Shown here: positions 1-8,115 of the stretch, one piece after another
Numbering within the stretch: the first letter of the stretch is position 1
Layout of the letters: the number at the start of each line of letters is the position of its first letter
Assembly: GCA_025457885.1 (NCBI GenBank)
Contig: JALOTN010000006.1
Span: 5,635 to 69,634, forward strand
DNA from: Thermoplasmatota archaeon
GTDB lineage: Archaea; Thermoplasmatota; E2; DHVEG-1
DNA length: 64,000 nt
Direction of reading: 5' to 3'
Translations under genes and position numbers: made by a program
The notes under the pieces: generated by a model
The model's input: only the letters and a program-made list of their open reading frames with translations
The model's database searches: none
What the model was told of the DNA's origin: nothing

Positions 1-131
1 AAAGATATAGTATATGATTGTCCATTCGTTCAAGAAGTTTACTCTTTGAAAAAAAGCTGCCAAGTATATCTTTTTTTAACATTGTATTTAACATCGTATC
101 TTTTTTTAACTACAAGCTCTTATCCCCTATA

Positions 132-1289
132 ATGACTTCTCTTGATACTCGCAAGAAACAAAAAATATTCAAAGAATTGACTACCCTACAGCAGCGTGAT
201 TTTACTTTTTCCAGCGGTCGTATCCTTGGTTCTATGTGCACGGTTCCCCATCCTATCGCTCGAGAGATATACCAGCAATTCCTTGAGACCAACCTAGGGG
301 ACCCTGAGCTTTGCCCTGGGACAAAAGAAATCGAAAAACGATACATCGCTTTCATCTCCAAGTTGCTCCATGCACCAGCCTCATCAGCAGGGCAGATAGT
401 GAGTGGAGGCACTGAAGGGAACATAACCGCGATGTGGATCGCAAAACAACTCAGCGGAAAAAAAGAAATCCTTCTCCCAACCAGTGCTCATTTCTCGTTC
501 CAGAAGATAGCATCGTTAATGGACATGAGACTCACTGAGGTCCCTGTCACAAAAGAATATGTCATGGATATCAATGCTTTGAAAAAAAAGATACGGAAAA
601 CCCCAGCAGCAGTTGTTGGTCTTGCAGGATCAACCGAGCTAGGAACAATTGATCCTCTCCCTGAGATTAGTGATCTTTGTTCGGAGGAACATGTTTTCTT
701 CCATGTGGATGCGGCGTTCGGTGGTTTTGTCATCCCTTTCCTTAAAACCCTTCATTATAAGGTTCCAGCGTTTGATTTTTCTCTAAAAGGAGTCAGTTCT
801 GTATCGATAGACTCTCATAAGATGGGGTACGCTGCGATTCCCCTTGGAACAATTGTGATTCGCAGGAAACAATGGCTCAGTACCATCAGTGTGGATTCTC
901 CCTATATCAGCAGCGAAAAACAAACGGGGATTCTTGGGACTCGTTCTGGTGCACCGGTTGCTGCCGCCTACGCCATTGCGCAGTACCTTGGCTTTGCTGG
1001 CTATACACAGATGGTTCGTTCCTGCATGGATGTTACACGGTATGCCCAGAAACGGATCGAAGAGATTGGTCTAAACCTTGTAGTTTCCCCAACCATGAAT
1101 GTGCTTGGGGTCAAACTCAAACGACCAGGGGTCATCGTCAAAAAACTCTCTGAACGAGGCTGGCGGGTCAATAAGGTGGAGCGATTGTCGTGTATCCGTA
1201 TTGTTATGATGCCGCAAATCACAAAACAGATTATTGATGAGTTCATTCCAGTGTTGAAAAAAACTTGTGACGAGGTTGGTGAACTATGA
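132..1289 (+). CDS. mfnA: PLP-dependent L-tyrosine/L-aspartate decarboxylase (MfnA-type group II decarboxylase). The tool ORF begins at 18, but the conserved protein begins at ATG 132 (MTSLDTRKK).
   Basis: 386 aa from ATG 132. Group II decarboxylase motifs SGGTEGNITAMW and the PLP-lysine region SIDSHKMGY. Length and N-terminus match archaeal MfnA. Stop overlaps the next gene by 4 nt (ATGA). Confidence 0.75.
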   Translation: MTSLDTRKKQKIFKELTTLQQRDFTFSSGRILGSMCTVPHPIAREIYQQFLETNLGDPELCPGTKEIEKRYIAFISKLLHAPASSAGQIVSGGTEGNITAMWIAKQLSGKKEILLPTSAHFSFQKIASLMDMRLTEVPVTKEYVMDINALKKKIRKTPAAVVGLAGSTELGTIDPLPEISDLCSEEHVFFHVDAAFGGFVIPFLKTLHYKVPAFDFSLKGVSSVSIDSHKMGYAAIPLGTIVIRRKQWLSTISVDSPYISSEKQTGILGTRSGAPVAAAYAIAQYLGFAGYTQMVRSCMDVTRYAQKRIEEIGLNLVVSPTMNVLGVKLKRPGVIVKKLSERGWRVNKVERLSCIRIVMMPQITKQIIDEFIPVLKKTCDEVGEL

Positions 1290-1849
1290 GTCTGAAGCAT
1301 TTAGAAAAATCATTGTATGAAGCCCCCATCGTGAAAAAAGGTGAATATGATTATGTTATTCATCCTATCACTGATGGAGTCCCGTTTATCACCCCTGAGT
1401 TGCTTCGAGAGGTGACGGATGCGATGAAAAAACATATCAAGAAATGCGGGAAGTTTGATCGTATCGTCACTATGGAAGCGATGGGTATTCCTCTTGCCTC
1501 TGCCTTATCCCTTGATTTGGGGATCCCTTTTACAATCATCCGGAAACGACAATACGGATTGCCTGGTGAGGTGTCTGTAGAACAGGTGACTGGGTATTCT
1601 AAATCAAAGATGTATGTCAACGGATTGAAAAAAGGAGACACCGTTATTTTAGTAGATGATGTGCTCAGCACCGGTGGGACCTTAAAAGCAGTCCTGTATG
1701 TTCTTAAAGAGATCGGAGTCAATGTCAAAGGTGTGTTCATCGCAGTCTACAAAGGAACCTGCAAAGAACAAATAATGAAAGAATATACTATTCCAATAAC
1801 GACGATAGTGGATATCGATGTGGTTGAAGGAAAAGTACAAATAAAATAA
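1286..1849 (+). CDS. hpt: hypoxanthine/guanine phosphoribosyltransferase (archaeal Hpt type, type I PRTase)
   Basis: 187 aa. PRPP-binding loop VILVDDVLSTGGTL. Size and layout match archaeal Hpt. Translationally coupled to the upstream gene. Confidence 0.65.
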   Translation: MSLKHLEKSLYEAPIVKKGEYDYVIHPITDGVPFITPELLREVTDAMKKHIKKCGKFDRIVTMEAMGIPLASALSLDLGIPFTIIRKRQYGLPGEVSVEQVTGYSKSKMYVNGLKKGDTVILVDDVLSTGGTLKAVLYVLKEIGVNVKGVFIAVYKGTCKEQIMKEYTIPITTIVDIDVVEGKVQIK

Positions 1850-1892
1850 TTTTTTCAATCTGTTCTGATGTTAGTTAAGAGCTACCGAATGA

Positions 1893-2255
1893 TTAGATTA
1901 TCTTACTGTTATTTATCTTTCCGTTAATGAATTCTTGTAACCATATCCAAAGTTTATCCAAGGTTCTTCTTATGAAATTAGATAAAGGATTGTTCCCTCC
2001 TATGGTTGCAACCAAGTAATACAAAAATAAAATTCGGTAAACCGACGCATTATGACTCAAGTTAAGGATCCCTGAATTGTTCACGAAAGCATCGACTGTT
2101 GATTGTATTAACAGCATCTGTGAGGGAAGATAGTTTCTGTCATTTCGTTCGCACATTTTTCGAGCAATAAAATCTTGGATAACCCCTGCTTCGCAAACCA
2201 ATGTTCCCATACATAACAAAGAACAGACGATTACAAATAGCATGCTTTTCTTCAT
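1893..2255 (-). CDS. hypothetical secreted protein (N-terminal signal peptide)
   Basis: 120 aa. N-terminus MKKSMLFVIVCSLLCMGTLVCEA is signal-peptide-like. Last gene of a three-gene minus-strand membrane/secreted cluster. Confidence 0.35.
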   Translation of the reverse strand: MKKSMLFVIVCSLLCMGTLVCEAGVIQDFIARKMCERNDRNYLPSQMLLIQSTVDAFVNNSGILNLSHNASVYRILFLYYLVATIGGNNPLSNFIRRTLDKLWIWLQEFINGKINNSKII

Positions 2256-2257
2256 GT

Positions 2258-2923
2258 TCAGTACCTCCAGATAACAGCACCTAATGTATCCCAGAAATCT
2301 GTAATGAATCTATCCATAAAACTCATAGGAAACGTAAAGAGTAATATGGCGATAAGAACCAATGCAATAATAGGTAAGACGATCATCCCAATCAGAACAC
2401 CAAGAATACCAAATTGATATATCAGGGTTCTGAAATTCAAAAGTTGATAATCAGAAAAATAAACAAATAACTCTTGAAGAATTACGACCGAGGCGGCAAA
2501 GGAACAAAAAACCATGAGTGCGGGTATTACAATGATAGACGTCAATGCTATCGTCATAAGAATTGTCACCTGATTATGACCGAATAATAGAGCCAGTAAC
2601 ATGTATGTATATTCAATGAGATACACCAAAGACACCCAGATCATAGTAGGTGAATGAGTGCCATTATACCGATATACCATCGCTTCGACAGTTTCATGAA
2701 GTGATTGTAACGTAGAATTCGAAAAATATTTTTCAAGATTTGATTTTGCTCTTAGAAATACTTTCGATTGCACAACCTTTACAATAGTATCCAATGTTCT
2801 GTCCCTTTGTTGAATAATTTGTTGAATTGGTTTAGCGTTTGAATAGGACACAAGTGTCGTTGCAGAGAGAAAAACAACCAGTACCATCATCAGCCTTATT
2901 TTAGATCCTTTTCTTTTTTTCAA
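2258..2923 (-). CDS. hypothetical polytopic membrane protein
   Basis: 221 aa. Signal/anchor followed by a soluble region and then three or four hydrophobic helices. Separated from the neighbouring genes by 3 nt and a 23-nt overlap, operon-like. Confidence 0.4.
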   Translation of the reverse strand: MKKRKGSKIRLMMVLVVFLSATTLVSYSNAKPIQQIIQQRDRTLDTIVKVVQSKVFLRAKSNLEKYFSNSTLQSLHETVEAMVYRYNGTHSPTMIWVSLVYLIEYTYMLLALLFGHNQVTILMTIALTSIIVIPALMVFCSFAASVVILQELFVYFSDYQLLNFRTLIYQFGILGVLIGMIVLPIIALVLIAILLFTFPMSFMDRFITDFWDTLGAVIWRY

Positions 2924-3131
2924 CCTTTTTTCCTCCCTTGGAACATATTGTATGATGGATGATGAAAAAAAACACGAGACTTAATGTGATGTAGAGGAGT
3001 TTTTCTTGCAAAAGAGTCTGGATGTGAATTATTGGTTTTACGGTCACCGTTAAGGCGAAAACTACCAAAAAAGCATTGGTGCCGAAAATCCTAATTCCTG
3101 TGGTAAAAGAGCTCGTGTTCTTTTTCATCAT
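2901..3131 (-). CDS. small hypothetical membrane protein
   Basis: 76 aa with two hydrophobic segments. Overlaps the downstream gene start by 23 nt. Confidence 0.25.
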   Translation of the reverse strand: MMKKNTSSFTTGIRIFGTNAFLVVFALTVTVKPIIHIQTLLQEKLLYITLSLVFFFIIHHTICSKGGKKVEKKKRI

Positions 3132-3285
3132 TCTACTCCCAGACTTAGTAGATTTTCCAGGGGTGTAATTTTATTTTCATCTATAAATATTTTATAGTGC
3201 AATCATCCAATCTTCATGTGTTTTTTATGTACTAATCCTTTTTTTTCATACAATAAACTATTTCAGCCCCTGCACTATTGCACAG

Positions 3286-3501
3286 TTGAGAACCATGACT
3301 GAGAAAATCCCACAACACATGCATTGTCAAATCTGTGGAAAAGCCATCCAAGCATCAGACTCAGAAACCCTCTGCTCTGAGGAATGTAAACAACGATACC
3401 AGAGTATGACGAAAAAACGCAAACTTTGGGTCTACATCATGTATGCCCTCATCTTTGTCATGATCGCCGTTTTATTCTTTTCCTCATATATTGGATATTA
3501 A
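3286..3501 (+). CDS. small zinc-ribbon protein with a C-terminal transmembrane helix (DUF2116-like)
   Basis: HCQICGK...CSEECKQRY four-Cys ribbon, then a basic stretch, then hydrophobic helix LWVYIMYALIFVMIAVLFF. Confidence 0.45.
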   Translation: MRTMTEKIPQHMHCQICGKAIQASDSETLCSEECKQRYQSMTKKRKLWVYIMYALIFVMIAVLFFSSYIGY

Positions 3502-3544
3502 CCAAGAAGAATGATGAAAGAAAAATAAGGAGAAGACTATTCGG

Positions 3545-3739
3545 TTATTCTGCGAGTTCTTCCTGAAGATCGATGACCATTTCTGTGAGGACATCTTCGA
3601 ATATCTGATGACGGTATTCTTTGACAGAGCCGTTGGCAAGGTGCGCTCGTGCAACAAAATCTCGGCCGTCTTTCAGGATTTCAATGTGGCAGACTGTTTC
3701 CATGCTTGTCCCGTCCTGTTTCACTCCCGTATTCATCAA
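3545..3739 (-). CDS. small hypothetical protein (64 aa), possibly HicB/UPF0150-like fold
   Basis: ORF with an acidic C-terminus and no recognisable motif. Weak resemblance to small RNase-H-fold antitoxin-like proteins. No partner toxin gene nearby. Confidence 0.25.
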   Translation of the reverse strand: MMNTGVKQDGTSMETVCHIEILKDGRDFVARAHLANGSVKEYRHQIFEDVLTEMVIDLQEELAE

Positions 3740-3885
3740 TGATATTTATAATTTTTGTGCGATTGACCAACGATAAGTAAAACATCGCACTACATATCAT
3801 CGGTTCCCATATTTGGCTCACCCGAAGTAATGGTTCTCAGGTGGACGTGTTTGTTTGTTCTGTGTGTTTTCCAATCATAAGCTCT

Positions 3886-3915
3886 TGAGGTTTAAATATA
3901 AAACATATTTATAGA
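3886..3915 (+). promoter_or_regulatory. putative archaeal TATA/BRE promoter for the PKD-like secreted protein gene
   Basis: tttaaatata at 3891-3900 and atatttatag at 3905-3914, about 35-60 nt upstream of ATG 3934/3955. A GGGGGA ribosome-binding site precedes ATG 3955. Confidence 0.3.
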
Positions 3916-3954
3916 AGAACATTGATGTAAAATATGAATGCAGGGGGAAATCAA

Positions 3955-5238
3955 ATGAAAAATAGGTTTGGTAAACGTAATCGACTAGAGGCGGCACTCA
4001 TCGTGACTATTTTGATAATACCTATGGCGACGACTGCGTTTGCCTCTTCCCCGCAGATGTTACCATTTAATTCACCAACAAAATCAGTTGCTTATTTCGG
4101 TGATGAAATTGAATTAAAATATTATGATGAAGAAAATCTTGATCAATTAATTGGTATTTCAGGAGATGAGCCACCCTATACCTGGAAATCCGCTATTCGA
4201 TTAACTCATGATGAAATGGAACCATATGCTGATTGGACAATGACAAAAGTCAATGTCGCTTTCTGTGCTGACAATGGACAATCAGAGATTGACGTTCAGA
4301 TTTTCATTTACGATAAGGGGACATCAACACTCCCTGGTCCCATCATTGTTGAGGACACCACCGCTTGTTTGAATACAACGGGTATCACTGCTATCCCATT
4401 GGTCACCCCGGTCGATCTTGCGGGTCATGATGAACTCTGGGTTGCTGTTCAATGGACTCAAACTGCTCCTGGGCCTGGAGTGTATTACGCATGGTTAGAC
4501 ACGTTATCTGGTCCGCATGTTCCCAATAAAAGTGATTTTATCTTTTATAATAACGCTTGGAATCAGTTGCATATTTTGGTTCCATCCGCTGATGGCCGCT
4601 GGGGGTTAGGGGCGATCATCGAAGGCAGTCTCCCCGAACCACCAAATACACCAGTTGTATCAGGGCCAACCAATGGCGAGGTCGGTAGTCACTACTCCTT
4701 TACTCTTAATTCAACCGATCCGGAGGATGATGATATCTATTATCTTGTCGATTGGGGTGATGGTACTTCTGAAGACTGGATGGGACCTTATGACTCAGGT
4801 GAGACTGTCACTGTATCTCATTCGTGGAGCGAAAGAGGAACATATGTATTACAGGCGAAAGCAAAAGACGACCATGGTATGGAAAGTACTTGGTCCGATC
4901 CGTTTTATATAACGATCAGAGGACCGATTCTGATGCTTGGTAATATCACTGGAGGGATTGGTCAGATCTCTGTCGATATTGATAACATCGGTGATGCGAC
5001 TGCAATGAACGTCATTTGGACCATTCAAATCACCGGTGGTTTACTCCATCGAACAATCGTGGATATGTCTGAGACAATCTCGGAGATGGCACCTGCCACT
5101 TCGATAAAGGCAAAAGTACGACCGATTGGTTTTGGGTGGATTACGATTACCGTGACAGTTCATGCTCAATATACTCAGGGGATTCAGAAAACAGATGAAG
5201 GTATTCTTCTGTTTTTCATCACTTCCTTCCCTCCTTAA
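3955..5238 (+). CDS. secreted protein with a PKD-like domain (member of a family of three paralogs in this window)
   Basis: Signal peptide ALIVTILIIPMATTAFASS. Module YYLVDWGDGTSEDWMGPYDSGETVTVSHSWSERGTYVLQAKAKDDHGMESTW resembles the PKD domain signature (WDFGDG...Y...V.D.G). Shared with the ORFs at 40035 and 42218. Start at 3955 is preferred (ribosome-binding site); the tool ORF starts at 3934. Confidence 0.55.
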   Translation: MKNRFGKRNRLEAALIVTILIIPMATTAFASSPQMLPFNSPTKSVAYFGDEIELKYYDEENLDQLIGISGDEPPYTWKSAIRLTHDEMEPYADWTMTKVNVAFCADNGQSEIDVQIFIYDKGTSTLPGPIIVEDTTACLNTTGITAIPLVTPVDLAGHDELWVAVQWTQTAPGPGVYYAWLDTLSGPHVPNKSDFIFYNNAWNQLHILVPSADGRWGLGAIIEGSLPEPPNTPVVSGPTNGEVGSHYSFTLNSTDPEDDDIYYLVDWGDGTSEDWMGPYDSGETVTVSHSWSERGTYVLQAKAKDDHGMESTWSDPFYITIRGPILMLGNITGGIGQISVDIDNIGDATAMNVIWTIQITGGLLHRTIVDMSETISEMAPATSIKAKVRPIGFGWITITVTVHAQYTQGIQKTDEGILLFFITSFPP

Positions 5239-5253
5239 ATGAAGAAAGTTAGG

Positions 5254-5266
5254 TCTTTTTTTTTTT
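5254..5266 (+). terminator. oligo-T archaeal-type terminator
   Basis: T11 run 16 nt after the stop codon at 5236-5238. Confidence 0.4.
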
Positions 5267-5393
5267 GGCCCTGAAATATACATATGGTTAGTTTTTCCGG
5301 TCTATAAGGAAGCTTTTTTTGGATTGAATTAAATATATTTTGTGCGCAAGGTATATGTGCCTTAGCATCATATCAAGATTGGGACGAGGGAGT

Positions 5394-6275
5394 ATGAAAA
5401 CAATAAGGAATGCGGTCGTCGCAGGCCAGTTTTACCCCGGGTCAGAAAAACATCTCCGGCAACAGATTGAGGAATGTTTTCTTAGCACAAGAGGCTATGG
5501 GAGACTTCCGCAAGTTAATAACAAACAAGGAACCCTGAAAGGCTTAATCGTCCCCCATGCAGGATTCATCTATTCCGGGGCGATCGCCTCACATGCCTAC
5601 GGCAGGCTTGCAGAGGAGGGATTCGCGGACACATTCATCATCCTTGGGCCGAACCATACTGGTATGGGATCTGGTGTTTCCGTGATGACCACGGGAGCCT
5701 GGAAGACGCCCCTGGGGGTTGTTCGAATCGACGAAGAACTCGCCGGGTCCATTGCAACCGGTATCATAGATTCTGATGTCTCTGCTCATACCTACGAGCA
5801 TAGCATTGAAGTACAACTCCCGTTCCTCCAATACCTCTCTTCAGAGAGACCCTTTGAGTTTGTCCCCATTTGTATGATGATGCAGGATTACGACACCGTC
5901 CTTGATGTCGGTGGCATCATTGCTGACGCAATACATCGTTCAAAAAAACAGATCATTATCATCGCCAGTAGTGATTTTTCCCATGCTGGGTTCAATTACC
6001 AAAGTACACCACCTCAAGGGATACGAGTTGATGAATATGCGACCCAACAAGATAACCTTGCCATACAACAGATCCTAACCATGAACCCACAACAATTAAT
6101 CGATACCGTTGAACAGCATAATATCACGATGTGTGGATCAGGGCCGGTCGCATCCCTGCTTCTTGCTGCAAAAAAACTCAAAGCAACCAAAGCGGAACTC
6201 TTAAAATACGGGACGTCCTATGAGGTACACCCGGATTCCTCCTGTGTCGGTTACGGAGCGATCGCGGTATCCTAG
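5394..6275 (+). CDS. Memo-like protein (AmmeMemoRadiSam system protein B / MEMO1 family)
   Basis: MKTIRNAVVAGQFYPG...GLIVPHAGFIYSGAIASHAY...ILGPNHTG are signature Memo motifs. ATG 5394 is preceded by GGGAGT. The tool ORF carries an upstream extension from 5340. Confidence 0.75.
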   Translation: MKTIRNAVVAGQFYPGSEKHLRQQIEECFLSTRGYGRLPQVNNKQGTLKGLIVPHAGFIYSGAIASHAYGRLAEEGFADTFIILGPNHTGMGSGVSVMTTGAWKTPLGVVRIDEELAGSIATGIIDSDVSAHTYEHSIEVQLPFLQYLSSERPFEFVPICMMMQDYDTVLDVGGIIADAIHRSKKQIIIIASSDFSHAGFNYQSTPPQGIRVDEYATQQDNLAIQQILTMNPQQLIDTVEQHNITMCGSGPVASLLLAAKKLKATKAELLKYGTSYEVHPDSSCVGYGAIAVS

Positions 6276-6285
6276 GTGACCAATC

Positions 6286-7239
6286 ATGAAGAGACAACCT
6301 GTACGAGACATCCAGCTTCAAAAAAATTTGACTACCAACCAGTTGATAAAAGAGCTATATGATGCGGGAGGTTTTTCAGCAAAGAAACTCGCGGAGGGCG
6401 TCGATATCCTCACCCGGATGATCCAGGAAAAGGATTGTGTGACGTTCCTGTCCTTTCCCGCGTGTATCATCTCCACCGGGACTCGAGGTGTCATCAAGGA
6501 ACTCGTGAAACGAAAACTCGTCGATGTCATCATCACCACCACGGGTACCCTTGATCATGATCTCGCACGTGTCTGGAAGGACTATTACCATGGCTCCTTC
6601 ATGGCCGATGATGCCCAGCTACATCAGCAGGGGATCAACCGCCTGGGGAACATCTTCATTCCCCTGGAATGCTACGGGACCATCCTTGAGAAGAAGATCC
6701 AACCCATCCTTGCTGAGCTGTATTTGAAACAACAGAAATGGTCCACGAAGGATCTCATCTGGGAGTTTGGGAAACGTCTTGAAAAAGAAAAGAACGGTAA
6801 GGACTCAATTCTTTACTGGGCATGGAAAAACAAGATACCCATGCATGTCCCTGGCATCACCGATGGAGCGTTCGGCGCCCAGCTCTGGATGTATTACCAG
6901 GAGCATCGGAACTTCACCATAGATCTCTTCAAAGATGAGCAAGACCTCTCCGACATCGTGTTTGATGCAAAAAAAACTGGGGCTCTCGTCATCGGTGGAG
7001 GCATCTCAAAACATCATGTGATTTGGTGGAACCAGTTCTGCAACGGGCTTTCCCATGTGGTGTATCTGACAACCGCTGTCGAGTACGATGGCAGTCTGTC
7101 TGGTGCACAGACTCGTGAAGCGATCTCTTGGGGAAAAATCGCGGAGAAAGCAGATAATGTGACCATCGAAGGAGACGCAACTGTGCTGCTCCCATTGATG
7201 ATCAGCGCGTTACTTGAACGAATAAAGGGATACGACTAG
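6286..7239 (+). CDS. dys: deoxyhypusine synthase
   Basis: 317 aa. Conserved DHS blocks ISTGTRGVIKELV, VDVIITTTGTLDHDL, GINRLGNIFIP and ISWGKI. Confidence 0.85.
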   Translation: MKRQPVRDIQLQKNLTTNQLIKELYDAGGFSAKKLAEGVDILTRMIQEKDCVTFLSFPACIISTGTRGVIKELVKRKLVDVIITTTGTLDHDLARVWKDYYHGSFMADDAQLHQQGINRLGNIFIPLECYGTILEKKIQPILAELYLKQQKWSTKDLIWEFGKRLEKEKNGKDSILYWAWKNKIPMHVPGITDGAFGAQLWMYYQEHRNFTIDLFKDEQDLSDIVFDAKKTGALVIGGGISKHHVIWWNQFCNGLSHVVYLTTAVEYDGSLSGAQTREAISWGKIAEKADNVTIEGDATVLLPLMISALLERIKGYD

Positions 7240-7578
7240 CTAGGGGGTCATCCCTGGTCGTTTCTTCTCAAAAACCCGGTTCAGGATTTCTTTTTCATCC
7301 GTATCACGGATAAGCTCTTCTGGTTCTCTCTCCTGCATCGATGGTTTTTGCAATGAGTCCTGATGCTGATGCTTTCCTTTATGGAACGCACCATAAGCTT
7401 CGTTGATGAACTCGAGTTCTTCACGGGTCGGACACCAGGAAATCATGTTCTTATTGGTAAAAAAATTCGGTGAGTTCCGGTCAAACTGGATAGCGATCAT
7501 TAACTCCCCGGTGGTAACATCTTTTTCAAGCTGGAGAGAAACATAGATATTTTCTTGTTTTTTCATACAAGTTCCCAT
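7240..7578 (-). CDS. hypothetical protein
   Basis: 112 aa ORF convergent with dys. No recognisable motif. Confidence 0.3.
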   Translation of the reverse strand: MGTCMKKQENIYVSLQLEKDVTTGELMIAIQFDRNSPNFFTNKNMISWCPTREELEFINEAYGAFHKGKHQHQDSLQKPSMQEREPEELIRDTDEKEILNRVFEKKRPGMTP

Positions 7579-8115
7579 CCTTGTTGTACTGTCGATAACA
7601 CATAGAAGGTTTTATATTTTTTCTTTTTTGTTAGATACAAAATGTTTTTTTTCTAATAAAAAAAATATGAAAAAGAAGAATCACATCTGTTTAGTGCTTT
7701 ATTGTGACTTCTTTAATAAACTCATAATTTTTTAAGGAAGATTTTAGGTACTGCATGATGAGTTGTTTTTGATCCGCGCTTAAGGTCATATGGACACCAT
7801 CAGATGTTAAAATAATCAAGGATTTCGAAAAACTCTTTTTTTAGTATATATCCTTGGTCTGTTTTTTTTATCAAATCATGTTTCAGGCAGAATTCAATTA
7901 CCTCATCCTGTTCTTCACGTTCATACATCTCTTGTTCACCTCACTTGGAATGGAGAGGATTCCATCTCTCTATAGTTTCTGTTGCCTCTGAAGATATTTA
8001 AACATAATCTGGTAGAATACCGGAATGATAATCAGCAGCAGGGATGTTCTCCTGGAGGATTTCTCGGGGAATACCATTAAGATTATATGAAAATAGGAGT
8101 TCTCTTTTTTTTGTC

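Noticed and set aside
110-1300. Minus-strand and alternative-frame ORFs inside mfnA (110-424, 488-733, 872-1153, 1001-1300)
   Set aside because: They are embedded in a well-supported conserved coding gene and have no motifs.
7750-7800. ATGATGA C-box-like heptamer in the AT-rich spacer as a possible C/D box sRNA (L7Ae is encoded in the window)
   Set aside because: No properly spaced CUGA D box or C-prime/D-prime pair on either strand.
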